A stretch of DNA of 64,000 nucleotides from an uncultured Spirochaetota bacterium (GTDB taxonomy: Bacteria; Spirochaetota; Brevinematia; Brevinematales; JAOACQ01). The notes below the pieces were generated by a model that worked only from the letters and a program-made list of their open reading frames with translations, did no database searches and was not told where the DNA came from. The DNA is taken from contig CAWAOD010000014.1 in the NCBI GenBank assembly GCA_963783575.1, positions 192,001 to 256,000 on the forward strand. The letters run 5' to 3'. Shown one piece after another: positions 23,411 through 34,446 of the stretch (position 1 is the first letter of the stretch; every line of letters starts with the position of its first letter). A program made the translations under genes and the position numbers.

Positions 23411-24127
23411 GTGGCTGTTTCTGCTGGAAAAGAGAAAATCGGCAGTAAGGTTATTTTAGAGGAACTGTCAAAAATAAACGCTTCGGATATAATGGTTCCC
23501 CGTTCGGGTGTAGTATTTATAAATAAAAACAGCTCATTTACGGATATAATCGATATTGTAATTAATGACGGGCATTCCAGGTTTCCGGTTTATTCGAATA
23601 AAATCGATAATATTATCGGTATATTGTATATCAAAGACCTGCTGAAGTTTTTTAAAACCATAGAGGTTGATTTTGATATAACAAGGATATTGCGAAAACC
23701 ACTTTTTATATCGGAAAATAAAAAAACAAGTGAATTGTTATCTGAATTCATTGACGAAAGAGTTCATATTGCAATTGTTGTTAATGAATACGGAACGGTT
23801 CTTGGAATAATTAGCCTGGAAGATATTCTGGAAGAGATTGTCGGCGATATAAGCGATGAATTTGATAAAGAGAAAAATGTTCAAAATTTCATTCAACTGA
23901 ATAAGGATGAATATAAAATATTTCCTAAAATGCCGCTTGTAGATTTTAATAATATGTTTAAAACCAGGATTAATTCTGATGATTACGAGACTATAGGCGG
24001 ATTCATTATAGACCGATTCGGCTATGTTCCCAAAGAAAATGAAACTTTAAAATACGGGAACCTCTATTTTCAGATCACTGTTGTTGAAGGCAGCAGGATT
24101 AAAGAAATATTTTTGAAAAAAACATAA
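23411..24127 (+). CDS. CBS-pair/CorC_HlyC transporter-associated protein (CorC-like)
   Basis: IMVPR, GHSRFPVY, LEDILEEIVG, ETIGG. Confidence 0.88.
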   Translation: MAVSAGKEKIGSKVILEELSKINASDIMVPRSGVVFINKNSSFTDIIDIVINDGHSRFPVYSNKIDNIIGILYIKDLLKFFKTIEVDFDITRILRKPLFISENKKTSELLSEFIDERVHIAIVVNEYGTVLGIISLEDILEEIVGDISDEFDKEKNVQNFIQLNKDEYKIFPKMPLVDFNNMFKTRINSDDYETIGGFIIDRFGYVPKENETLKYGNLYFQITVVEGSRIKEIFLKKT

Positions 24128-24141
24128 GGCGGTATAAAGCT

Positions 24142-24696
24142 TTGCGAACATTTATAGCTATTGAAATACCGGAAAATATAAGAATTAAAATTTTTCGGTT
24201 TTCAGAACAGTGTAGAAATATACAAAGTAAAAATATTAAATATGTTGAAAGAGATAATCTTCACATTACTTTAAAATTTTTAGGTGAAACCGGGGTTGAC
24301 ATTATTGATAAACTTTCATTGGATTTGAAGAAAATAAAGATTGAAAAATTTGATTTAAATATGAAAAATACCGGCGCATTTCCGAATATCATATTTCCTA
24401 AAGTAATATGGGCAGGTATAGGTAACTCTGATACGCTTAATAGATTGTTTACTGAAATAGAAAATACAGCGGTTAAGCAAAATTTTAAAAAAGAAGACAG
24501 AAATTTTAATCCGCATCTCACATTAGCCAGAGTAAAAGGCAATGCATCAAAAGAATTGATAGAATTTATTAAATCGAATGGTGATATTGAATTCGGAAAT
24601 TTTACTGTTCATGAATTTTGTCTTTTTGAAAGCAAATTAATGAGAGAAGGCCCGGTTTATTCAAAATACAGTACATTTCAGCTAATTGGAGCCTGA
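24142..24696 (+). CDS. thpR: RNA 2',3'-cyclic phosphodiesterase
   Basis: Two HxT motifs: HITLKFLG and PHLTLAR. Confidence 0.9.
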   Translation: MRTFIAIEIPENIRIKIFRFSEQCRNIQSKNIKYVERDNLHITLKFLGETGVDIIDKLSLDLKKIKIEKFDLNMKNTGAFPNIIFPKVIWAGIGNSDTLNRLFTEIENTAVKQNFKKEDRNFNPHLTLARVKGNASKELIEFIKSNGDIEFGNFTVHEFCLFESKLMREGPVYSKYSTFQLIGA

Positions 24697-24697
24697 T

Positions 24698-25484
24698 TTG
24701 AACATATTATTGACCAACGATGACGGATATTCCGCTCCCGGTATTCAAATATTAAAGAAAAAACTTTCCAGATGCCATAAGGTTTTTTTATGCGCACCGT
24801 TGAAGCAGATGAGCGCTTCCAGTCATGCCGATCACATTGTTTAAGCCTATGGAATTGATAAAAATAAATGAAAATGAATTCGCACTTGATGGAACACCCG
24901 CAGATTGCGTAAAAGTTTCGCTAATTCATCTTTTTAAAGATATAAATTTCGATATGGTTATTTCCGGAATAAACAACGGGCCGAATATGGGCGGTGATAT
25001 ATTTTATTCGGGTACCGTAGCTGGAGCTCGTGAAGGTACGATGAACCATATATTCTCAATTGCCGCATCTCTTGACGGCTGGTCTGAGAAAAAAAATTAC
25101 CAATTTTCATCAAACTTTATATTTGAGTTGACTAACTTGATTGATGTCAGTATACTTAAAGAAAATATTGTGTTAAATATCAATTTCCCGAACACTCAAA
25201 AACCGGCGGGAGTTAAAATTACACATATCGGCGAAAGAGTTTATAAGGATTTCATTAAATATGATGAAAGCGGCGGTAAATTTTTTGTTACGATTGCCGG
25301 TGATGATCCTGGGTTTCATGACAACAAGGGATCGGATTTAAATTCCGTTGCTGAAAATTATGTTTCCATTACGCCGCTTGTTAATGAGGTTTTTGATGAG
25401 AAATTTCGGGAGAGATTGAAATATCTTGAGAAGATAAAATGGAATGGATTGACATCAGAATTACGTAACTTTATATGGAGATAG
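24698..25484 (+). pseudogene. surE: 5'/3'-nucleotidase SurE, frameshifted near 24829
   Basis: TTG 24698 gives MNILLTNDDG...SASSHA; the +1 frame continues ITLF..GTPADCV..SGINNGPN..YSGTVAGA. Confidence 0.85.
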
Positions 25485-25488
25485 TTTT

Positions 25489-25887
25489 ATGGAAAAAGGA
25501 AATTGCCCTCCTTCCGGTAGTATTGAAAATCTTGATACAAGCTTTGTGGTGATGCCTAAGGACGCCAATCATTATGGAAATGTTCACGGCGGAGTGATAA
25601 TGCTTTCCGCGGATAATCTTGCATATGCCATAGCTTCGAAATACAGCAGAATGAATGTTGTAACAGCAAGAATCAGTGAAATGAATTTTTTAAAACCTGT
25701 AAAAGTTGGGGATATGGTCATTCTTGATGCAAATATTATCCGCGTCGGGAATTCATCGATGGATGTGAAGGTTTGTATTAAGGGTGAAAATCTAAGAGAA
25801 AATATAGTATTTGATGTTGCCGAAGCTCTTTTTACAATGGTCGCTGTTGATGATACAGGAAGGCCAAAAAAAATTATTCGTGAATAG
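25489..25887 (+). CDS. Acyl-CoA thioesterase (hotdog fold)
   Basis: DANHYGNVHGG, FLKPVKVGD, VGNSSM. Confidence 0.88.
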   Translation: MEKGNCPPSGSIENLDTSFVVMPKDANHYGNVHGGVIMLSADNLAYAIASKYSRMNVVTARISEMNFLKPVKVGDMVILDANIIRVGNSSMDVKVCIKGENLRENIVFDVAEALFTMVAVDDTGRPKKIIRE

Positions 25888-25888
25888 T

Positions 25889-28800
25889 TTATGAATTCCC
25901 ATCAATAATAGTTTCAAATAAGAATACCTGTTCTGCGATTATTTTTTCTCCGTCAATTTTACCCTTTATGAGATATATTATGTTGTTTTTCAATATCTGC
26001 AGAAATTTTAAGTAAACTTTTGGGAAAAATACGACTTCTGTCGAACCTGTTCTGTCACTGAATTGTGAAAAAGCCATAGTACTGCCGTTCCTGGTTTTGA
26101 CTGACCGTATTTTATACAAATATCCTATAAATGATCCATAGCTGAGCCTGTCAAGATTTTCAATCTTGTCGAATTGATGTTCTTTGAGGTAATCCAGATA
26201 ACGGTCCAACGGATGATGGCTGATAAACAGATCTGTCGCTTCAAATTCAAATCTGAATTTGTCTTCTTTTGAGTCATTAAAATTGTTTAAATTATTATCC
26301 CCGGTAGATTGAACTGCCAACCTGCGGTTTATTAAAGTTTTAATTTCGGGAATCGATGAATAATCGGTAAATAAAGAACCTTCCTCATTAGATTGTTTTT
26401 TTGAGAAAAAACTTGATATATCCGGGAGAATTGATAAAAGCAATTTACGTGAATATCCATATTTATCAAAAACGCCGGCTTTAATAAGAAATTCAATAGA
26501 TTTTAAATGTAAACCCCGATCTTTTAATCTAAAATAAAAATCAATAAAATCTTTGTATTCGCCATTCTTATTTCTTTCCCTGACAATTTCCCTGGACAAT
26601 TTTGTACCTACATATTTAACAAATGCCAGACCGCAACGGATATTTCCATTTTCTTTTGAACACAAAGTCTTACTGTAATTTATATCTATTGATAAAGTAT
26701 GAAATAAATAAATTTTATTATGAAATCTAAGATCCATAAGATAACGGTTTATTCTGTCTTCATTTCCATGATTATTATTAATTGATGAAATATAATATTC
26801 GAGAGGATGATGATTTTTTAAATAAGCGCATGTATATGCATAAAGCGCGTATACAGTTGAATGGGCTTTGTTTATGCTGAAACTTCCAAAATCTACCAGA
26901 ATAGCAAATAGCCGGTTTGCCTGTTCAAATTCAAGACCGTTTGAAACACAGCTCTGTATAATTTCATCTTTAAGTGTTATGATATGTGTGTTATTCTTAG
27001 TGAATAAAGATTTTTTTAGATTCTCAATTTTGTCCCAGTCCAGACCGGCTTTTTCATGCATCAGTCTTAATAATTGTTCCTGATAAATAAATAAACCATG
27101 AGTATCGGAAGCAATTGAATCAAGCTCATCAACTTTATTGAAATTTAATTTTTGATTTTTATGGTTTATATATTTTTCAGTCAACCCGGATTTGAAAGAA
27201 ACAGGCCGGCATAATGCGATTATATCCGAAATTTCATTTATTGACTGTGGTTTTAATTTTTTTAACAATTCTCTTGTTATATTACTTTCCAATTGAAAAA
27301 CGGCTGTTGTATTCCCTTCAGCCAATAAATCAAAAGTATTTTGATCATTATCGGGAATTATTTTAATCTCCGATCTGCGCATAGTTTCATTTATTACCGA
27401 TATGATATGCAATCCAAGGATATCAATTTTGAAAATACCTGTATCCTCAAGATCATCATTAGGTATTTGGGCAAAATTATTTCTTTTTAAAGTATATTCA
27501 AGAGATGAATATTTATTAATTCCTTCCGGAATAATAATTATGCTTCCAGAATGAATTGAGCTATGAGAAATTAACCCCTCGATTTTTATGATATAATCAA
27601 AAAAATCGTGTATATCCGGGTCATTGTCATAGAAATCCTTCATTCTTCTTTCTTCTTTAATAAGATGGTATAAAAATCTGTTATCAGACATCTTGTTTTC
27701 TAAAAAATAATTATAAACAGATGGAATTAAGGACTTAATTTTATTGATCTTATCATGGTTAAGCTTAAAATAATCGGAAAATTCATTAATCAGTGAACGT
27801 GCTGTCGAATGATGTATTGATGCAGAATATGAAACATTCTGCCTGCCGTATTTCGAACTCAGAAAAGAAAAAATCAGATTTCTTTTTTCCCAGGCGATTT
27901 CAATAATAATTTCTGGCAAATGTAATTTTCCCAAATTCAGGAATGATTCAAAGAGTAAGTTGTATTTAACAGGATCAACTTTTGTTATTCCCAGAAGGAA
28001 TAAAATTAATGAAGAACAGGCTGAACCATTTCCATAACCGTAAGGAATTTTCTTTTTCTTTAAAAAATGAACCGTATCAAAAATAATCAAGAAAATATCT
28101 GAAATTTTCATTTTATAAAGCATATCAAGTTCTGCATCCAATCGATTCCGATATTCTTCTCTATCACAAAAATTTTTTAGTCGGAGAGAACATATATGTT
28201 TTACTTTTTCGAATGAATTTTTGTATAATACCGGAATCTTGAAGCTTTTTACATTAAAATCAGTTTCAATTTTTTGAAATAATATTTCTGAATTATCAAT
28301 TAAATTAATATGGTTTTTAAATATTAGATAAAAATCTTCTTTATTTTTCAGTGAATAATCAAATTCCGTTGATAAATGTGAATTTATTTCCTTTATAAAT
28401 GGATTTTTATGGCTGCTGTTTATAAGAATATCAAAAGCCGGTTTGTCTTTTAAGAAATACCTGGCTTCGCAGGAAGCAATGGCATTTAGATTGTAACGGT
28501 CGATTACATTAAGTAAATCCTTTATTTCTTGAATTTTATGGCCACCGGTATAATTTACCTCTACATAAAAATTATTTTTAAAATGTTTTTGATAACATTC
28601 AATAGTTTCTTCTAAGATTTGAGATGAAATCATATTTTTTATTAATTCGGATTCGGCCAAAATAGCCAGGCCTTCTTTACAGTGTATAAGGTTTTCAAGA
28701 GATATTTCATAATGATTTTCATTGATATAATTTTGATGAATTAATGTATTTAGACGGAACAAATTCTCAAGGCCGGCATTGTTTAAAGCAATCAGATTGA

Positions 28801-29038
28801 TGTGATATTGATTCTTTCCGTTTATACCCTTAATAAATATTTCCAATCCATAAACCGGTCTAATTCCTTCAGAACGGCATAACCCGGTCAATTTAATAAA
28901 TCCGTATGTAGAAAATGTATCTGTTAATGCGCATCCTTTAAAGCTATGATAGACAGCAAAACTAACCAGATCTTCTACCTTCAAAAGCGAAGATAAAAAA
29001 GAATATTCGCTGTGATTATGAAAGTTGATGAATCCCAT
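25889..29038 (-). CDS. DNA polymerase III alpha (DnaE)-like protein with degenerate catalytic motifs
   Basis: PHP HNHSEYS, LGITKVDP, KIDILGL, VFQLES, IYQEQ, HhH, OB fold; PDIDxD replaced by PEIIIE. Confidence 0.85.
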   Translation of the reverse strand: MGFINFHNHSEYSFLSSLLKVEDLVSFAVYHSFKGCALTDTFSTYGFIKLTGLCRSEGIRPVYGLEIFIKGINGKNQYHINLIALNNAGLENLFRLNTLIHQNYINENHYEISLENLIHCKEGLAILAESELIKNMISSQILEETIECYQKHFKNNFYVEVNYTGGHKIQEIKDLLNVIDRYNLNAIASCEARYFLKDKPAFDILINSSHKNPFIKEINSHLSTEFDYSLKNKEDFYLIFKNHINLIDNSEILFQKIETDFNVKSFKIPVLYKNSFEKVKHICSLRLKNFCDREEYRNRLDAELDMLYKMKISDIFLIIFDTVHFLKKKKIPYGYGNGSACSSLILFLLGITKVDPVKYNLLFESFLNLGKLHLPEIIIEIAWEKRNLIFSFLSSKYGRQNVSYSASIHHSTARSLINEFSDYFKLNHDKINKIKSLIPSVYNYFLENKMSDNRFLYHLIKEERRMKDFYDNDPDIHDFFDYIIKIEGLISHSSIHSGSIIIIPEGINKYSSLEYTLKRNNFAQIPNDDLEDTGIFKIDILGLHIISVINETMRRSEIKIIPDNDQNTFDLLAEGNTTAVFQLESNITRELLKKLKPQSINEISDIIALCRPVSFKSGLTEKYINHKNQKLNFNKVDELDSIASDTHGLFIYQEQLLRLMHEKAGLDWDKIENLKKSLFTKNNTHIITLKDEIIQSCVSNGLEFEQANRLFAILVDFGSFSINKAHSTVYALYAYTCAYLKNHHPLEYYISSINNNHGNEDRINRYLMDLRFHNKIYLFHTLSIDINYSKTLCSKENGNIRCGLAFVKYVGTKLSREIVRERNKNGEYKDFIDFYFRLKDRGLHLKSIEFLIKAGVFDKYGYSRKLLLSILPDISSFFSKKQSNEEGSLFTDYSSIPEIKTLINRRLAVQSTGDNNLNNFNDSKEDKFRFEFEATDLFISHHPLDRYLDYLKEHQFDKIENLDRLSYGSFIGYLYKIRSVKTRNGSTMAFSQFSDRTGSTEVVFFPKVYLKFLQILKNNIIYLIKGKIDGEKIIAEQVFLFETIIDGNS

Positions 29039-29041
29039 TCA

Positions 29042-30502
29042 TCAATCAACCAATTTTTGAATCTGCTTACCCGCGGCTTTAATGAAGGAATCGAATACTC
29101 CGCTTGCAGATATAGATGTAGCGCTTATTTTGATATTCTTCGCCGAAAGAATTTCACCGCTTGAAGTATCCAGGAGCTGTGCTGAAACTGAATATACTCC
29201 GAGATATCTTTCCAATGTTTCATCATACTTTGGGGGTTCAAATGATGATACAAATAATACAAATGCCCTTTTAATGCCTATTACCGATAGTTTGTCCAAT
29301 GCGTTTTTTTTCGCTTGAGATATGTCGTCTAAAGAAACTGTATCAGAAAAATTTACAACTTTATACCCGCGGTCAATTAAAAAGGATTGGGCTTCGGAAG
29401 CGAGATTCGGAAGCTGTTTTAAGCCGTCATCCGATTTAAGTATCGCAATGACAACAATTGGTATGGTTCTATTCTGCTCGGATATAGTTTTAAACTCGCT
29501 ATAAACGGATATTTTACCGGCTTTTTCCTGAAGAGTGGATGAATATGTTTGATAATCTTTACCTAAATCGGAAATATCCTGAAAGTCAATATTTAATAGT
29601 GCATAGAGTCTATTCTCGTTATTGACTTCTTTTAATTTGTTTATCGTGCAGATAACAATACCGTTGTCATCTGATACGGCACTTCTTGAATAATCACCGT
29701 CGTTGTTCCTGAGTACAAATGATATTTTTAGACCCCCGGCAGGAATTTTTCCTTTTTCGGATGAGTAAAATACCCTGTATGAAAAAGAGCCTCCTTTTGC
29801 AGTATCAATTATGTTTGTATTGCTGTATGCTTCTATAAAAGTATTTTCCAGGACTTTACCCGCTTTGTTTATATAAATCGGAAATTCATCGGTCCTTTCT
29901 TTCACTCTTGTGGAGCTTATAGCTGCTGTAAGGTATGAATTGACAGCATCCGATATTTTTCCGGAATCCAATGCCTGATCTGCAACTTTGAGGCTGTTGT
30001 CAACCAATGCCAATTTTCTTTGAATCTCGGATAATATCCTGTTCCTCTCCCTTTCAAGATTTTTATTGGAAATCCTGGACAGAACCCATACTTTATAATA
30101 AACAAGTCCTGAGTCCTTGTTTTCTTCTTTATAAGTATCAATAAGTTCCACACCCGAAAGATTCACAGCGCTCTGGCTTTTAACATTTTCCTGATAACTT
30201 TTCCTTAATGTCTCATTATCGTTTAAACTGCCTGAAGTAGTAAATACCTTATCAACGGTAGTCTCTTCAAATATCGTATTGGCGATTTTCCCCTTGGCGT
30301 TTTGAAGAGCTTTATCCTTAATTTCCTCAAACGATCCAATATCCTCGGTATAGCCGACCACATATAAATATTCCTTATCATGATTCGGCTGTGTAATCCA
30401 GGTCGGTTCGCCGGAAATAACAGTATTTGTGGCTGTGTAAACAGTATTTATTATAAAATACAAACTTAAAAGAAAAATAATTAATTTCAATGAACTTTTC
30501 AT
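29042..30502 (-). CDS. Exported protein with LPP20-like N-terminal domain
   Basis: Signal peptide; P.WI..Y.VG..A.QNAK..IA pattern; GGAGG RBS. Confidence 0.55.
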   Translation of the reverse strand: MKSSLKLIIFLLSLYFIINTVYTATNTVISGEPTWITQPNHDKEYLYVVGYTEDIGSFEEIKDKALQNAKGKIANTIFEETTVDKVFTTSGSLNDNETLRKSYQENVKSQSAVNLSGVELIDTYKEENKDSGLVYYKVWVLSRISNKNLERERNRILSEIQRKLALVDNSLKVADQALDSGKISDAVNSYLTAAISSTRVKERTDEFPIYINKAGKVLENTFIEAYSNTNIIDTAKGGSFSYRVFYSSEKGKIPAGGLKISFVLRNNDGDYSRSAVSDDNGIVICTINKLKEVNNENRLYALLNIDFQDISDLGKDYQTYSSTLQEKAGKISVYSEFKTISEQNRTIPIVVIAILKSDDGLKQLPNLASEAQSFLIDRGYKVVNFSDTVSLDDISQAKKNALDKLSVIGIKRAFVLFVSSFEPPKYDETLERYLGVYSVSAQLLDTSSGEILSAKNIKISATSISASGVFDSFIKAAGKQIQKLVD

Positions 30503-30901
30503 TCAATCCTCCGCTTTTATTGATATTAAATTACTAAAAATATTTAGTTTTTTAGAACAGCCCTTAATATAATACTAACTCAAATCATTATAATCAACAA
30601 ATTATAATTTTTCAATCAAATATAATTATCAAATTTGATTTTATATTGATTATATCAAATACTGTGCCAATTAATTATTATAAAAAAATAATTATTTCTA
30701 TTGGCCAAGCATTCATCTTGAATACTTTATTAGATAAAAACTTAATTATAATGTAAGATTATTATGAAAAAGAGGAGATTTTGTATGAGAAATTCCCCCT
30801 TTAAAAGGGAGGCAGGAAAATATAATTTATCTGCGGTTTGAATCAATAACCGATTTTAATTAGAAATGATATATCTTAATCGATACAGTATAAAATAATA
30901 T

Positions 30902-31483
30902 TTATTTTATTTTATATGTTTCTCCATCGGTTTTAATACCGATAATCCCATTATCTTTAGCGAAGTAAATTGTGTAATTCTTTTCACCAAAATAGATATC
31001 AGCAACGACAATATTTTTATAAATCCTGTCATTGACCTTAATTGAGGGCATGCTTTTTAAATACTTTAAGCTAATATTATCACCAATTATAATAGGTATA
31101 TCATATTTAATTTTTTGAGGGAAAATAAGAGGCGGTGGTTCCAGATATCTTTGGAAAAGTCCGTCAGATATGTCGGTAAAATAAACATCTCCATTTGAGG
31201 TAACGCAAAATCTTAATGAATAATATAATTTTTGATTATCAACCGTTATTTTCAATATCCAGTTAAGATAAAAATTATCGGTATAATCTTCATCGTAAGG
31301 CATTTCTATTCTTGCATACATATCAATAGAATTATTTTTATCGGATATTAATGAAAATGAAAAACTCGGCATGAACGGGAAGAAGAACACTTCGGGAAAC
31401 TTCATTGAATAAGTAATATTAATAGCAAAAAAAAATAAAAGGAAATAAATTATAATTAAAAAGTCTTTTTGACTAGGACTCAT
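30902..31483 (-). CDS. Hypothetical exported protein
   Basis: N-terminal hydrophobic segment; YFAKDNGIIG C-terminus; overlaps upstream TPR gene; start uncertain. Confidence 0.5.
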   Translation of the reverse strand: MSPSQKDFLIIIYFLLFFFAINITYSMKFPEVFFFPFMPSFSFSLISDKNNSIDMYARIEMPYDEDYTDNFYLNWILKITVDNQKLYYSLRFCVTSNGDVYFTDISDGLFQRYLEPPPLIFPQKIKYDIPIIIGDNISLKYLKSMPSIKVNDRIYKNIVVADIYFGEKNYTIYFAKDNGIIGIKTDGETYKIK

Positions 31484-32618
31484 TATCGGTAAACTCTTCA
31501 ATATCATTCTGGAAACTTTCTATTGTTGATGAAGCCAATTTTGAAGTAAATTCTTTTTTATCATTGAAAACAGAGCTATATTTTTCATAAACTTCCATAG
31601 TTTTATCTTTTTGACCGGAATCATCATACAATTTTGCTAATATCAAAACAACACGCGAGTCATTCGGATATTTACTGAGATAATCATTGCACATTTCAAT
31701 TGATTTAGCCCAGTCTTTCCTTTCAATGTGAATCCTAATTAAGCCTATCATTCCATATTTATTCGAGCTGTTGGATAATACTTCAAGGTAAATTTTCTCT
31801 GCTTCATCAGGTTTACCGATTTTTATCAGACAGTCCCCCAATCTTGTTAATATCCTGTCATTATTTGGTTCCTTACTGAGTATTTTCTTCCAGTATTTTA
31901 TGGCATCACGGAATCTCTTTTTGCCCCGCAAGCAATCGGCAATGCCATACAAAGCATAAAAATTGTTCCTGTCTATCTCAAGGGCTTTCTGGTAGTAATC
32001 GATTGCCTTATCGTACTGTTTCCATGTCCTGTAGATATTGCCGACCATAGTTAGTATATTAATAAACTTAGGATTAATTTCCAGAAGATGTTTCCAGTAT
32101 TCCAATGCCCTGTTGAATTTTTTGTTTTTGTAGTAAAGGTCTCCCAAACCCATAAGTGCAAATTTATTCTTAGGATTCAATTCAAGGGATATCAGGTAAT
32201 ACTTCTCGGAATTGGTAAAATCCGATTTTTTTCTATAGGCATCCGCTATTCTAGTAGTTACAAGATAATCATTAGAATCAAGTTTTAAAAGCATAAACCA
32301 GTATTCAAGAGCTTTATCCCAATCTTTTAACCCCCTATAGCTGTCTGCGAGTCCTATCATTGCTTTTTTATTATCTTTGGACAGTTTAACAATATCCTCA
32401 TAGTATGGGATGGCTTCTTCAAAATAAAGTTGCTCTCTTAAACAGTCTCCAACCCCTTGAAGTGCTTCAATTTGTATTTCAAAATCAGGATTGGATTGAG
32501 ATTTTAATTCCTTTATTATTGAAGAGTAGATTTTTTCAGAGTCTTCATATTCCTGTTGTTTGTATAATTCTTTTGCTTGTTCTAATTGCTCTTTAATATC
32601 CATATTTTCATCCTCCAA
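31473..32618 (-). CDS. Tetratricopeptide repeat protein
   Basis: About ten consecutive TPR motifs. Confidence 0.9.
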   Translation of the reverse strand: MEDENMDIKEQLEQAKELYKQQEYEDSEKIYSSIIKELKSQSNPDFEIQIEALQGVGDCLREQLYFEEAIPYYEDIVKLSKDNKKAMIGLADSYRGLKDWDKALEYWFMLLKLDSNDYLVTTRIADAYRKKSDFTNSEKYYLISLELNPKNKFALMGLGDLYYKNKKFNRALEYWKHLLEINPKFINILTMVGNIYRTWKQYDKAIDYYQKALEIDRNNFYALYGIADCLRGKKRFRDAIKYWKKILSKEPNNDRILTRLGDCLIKIGKPDEAEKIYLEVLSNSSNKYGMIGLIRIHIERKDWAKSIEMCNDYLSKYPNDSRVVLILAKLYDDSGQKDKTMEVYEKYSSVFNDKKEFTSKLASSTIESFQNDIEEFTDNES

Positions 32619-33168
32619 AATTAATTAACTCTGCATACCTAAATTTCTAAGAATCAATATGCATTTTCAAAGAATAAACATTTATTTATAAAAACTCTAT
32701 ATTTACAATAAGTTTCGACAGAATGCACATTATTCTTAAAGAAAACAAATTTTAACAAAGGATAAATTAATAGACAAATTTTAAAAACGATTCTACTTGA
32801 AATATCAGCCTGATATTGAAAATCTGACATTGCCGGAATATATGATAGAGTGAAGTGAATGTTATTAATTTTTAATGAATATTTCATTTTATTCCTTATT
32901 TATAAATAATAAATACTTTTATAATTAATATATATTATTTTAAACTTGGATAATTATAAAGCTAATAAATTCAGATAGCAAGTTAAATTTTAATTACTTA
33001 TATAGCAAACAATAATTTGTTTTTTTATTATTGCTAGCTGTTTGATATATTTGCTTCTTTATAATAAAATATAATAGTTTTATTGTTAAAAGCATAATAA
33101 ATATTAAAATAATATTATTTAATTTTCAGACAAGAAATAATTTAATAAAGAATATCCGGAGGGTTATT

Positions 33169-34434
33169 TTGAATATAGACTTAGATAATGATAACGATAA
33201 ATATACACCTATAAATAAAAAATCATCAATAAAATATCCTTCAAAAAAAACTCAAAAACCAAGAGTAAAAGAAAATTCTGCTAATAACGGAAATGCGTTA
33301 AAAATTGCTTTAACTAAATTCAGGGAAAAAGGTTCGATTTTAAAATGTCATGAAATTATCGATTTACTTACTTCATATACTGTAGAGTTTCCGGAAAATA
33401 TACTTGCCTTTAAATTAATGGCGTTTTCACTTATTGAATTGGAAAATTTCAGCGATGCCGCTTATTATTTTCTAAAGATATTGTCGATGAACCGGAATGA
33501 TGTTGAAACATTAAATGCACTTGCTTTTCTAGGTTTGTATGAGAACAAGACCGAACAATCCATTAATTTTCTTCTTGATGCAATCTATATTAATAATAAT
33601 AATGAAAAATTGAAACAAAATCTTGAGAAACTGAGGAATATTAAAGATATTAAAGTTTTTTTAAGCATGAATAAACCTTCAGATTTTTTATTTTTTAATT
33701 ACCCTAAAGAAAGTTTGGTGGAAAAATTAGCCGGAATGACATCATATGTTGTTAAAATACCACAGATGAAATATATAACAATTGTTGTAATAATATTTGT
33801 AATAATATTTCTGATTTATCAGATTTATCCGCTAATTCTAAGCAGGGCTGAAGATTTCCGTTTTCTCAAAAGCCTGGGACATGGCAAAGTCGATCATTAT
33901 AGTATTCAGGATATAAATAAGTTAGTTGAAGAGAGGGCAAAATACAATATTAAATTGTCTGAAGAAGAAATAAAAAGTAAATTTTCCCTGATACAGGGAT
34001 ATCTAGAAGAAAAAAAGCATAATCGAGCGGTCATCCTGATTAATGAACTGTTGAATTCCAATTCAAGCGAATTGATTAAGGAGCGGGTCCGGTTTTTACA
34101 GCGTTTCCTGCCAGAGGTGAGTGTTCAGACAATAGATTTTACGCCACAGGTTCAGGAAGTAATTAAAATACCATTCATTTATCAGGATGTTTATGTGCGC
34201 TGGAGTGGAACTGTAGCAAATCTTGAACATAAAGCTGATAAAGAAACAGTATTCGACTTATTGATTAATTTTGTTGATAACGCTGTTGTTGAAGGTATTG
34301 CAGAAACGCATTTCGAAGGATCGCAGAATGTTTTAAGCGGAGAAAAAGCTGCGGTTTTCGGACAAATAACTGGTATTACCATTGACAATAAAATAATTAT
34401 CAAGGGAATTGAGATTCAGAAAATAGGCAAATAA
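33169..34434 (+). CDS. Membrane protein with TPR-like N-terminus and OB-like C-terminus
   Basis: TPR helices, one TM segment, YVRWSGTV OB-like region. Confidence 0.55.
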   Translation: MNIDLDNDNDKYTPINKKSSIKYPSKKTQKPRVKENSANNGNALKIALTKFREKGSILKCHEIIDLLTSYTVEFPENILAFKLMAFSLIELENFSDAAYYFLKILSMNRNDVETLNALAFLGLYENKTEQSINFLLDAIYINNNNEKLKQNLEKLRNIKDIKVFLSMNKPSDFLFFNYPKESLVEKLAGMTSYVVKIPQMKYITIVVIIFVIIFLIYQIYPLILSRAEDFRFLKSLGHGKVDHYSIQDINKLVEERAKYNIKLSEEEIKSKFSLIQGYLEEKKHNRAVILINELLNSNSSELIKERVRFLQRFLPEVSVQTIDFTPQVQEVIKIPFIYQDVYVRWSGTVANLEHKADKETVFDLLINFVDNAVVEGIAETHFEGSQNVLSGEKAAVFGQITGITIDNKIIIKGIEIQKIGK

Positions 34435-34446
34435 AGCGGAGAAATA

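Noticed and set aside
25889..29038. DnaE2/ImuC mutasome
   Set aside because: No imuA/imuB neighbours, and DnaE2 keeps the catalytic PDID motif
32620..33168. Replication origin, or the 77-aa ORF 32654-32887
   Set aside because: AT-rich but no DnaA boxes seen; the ORF has no RBS or recognisable motif
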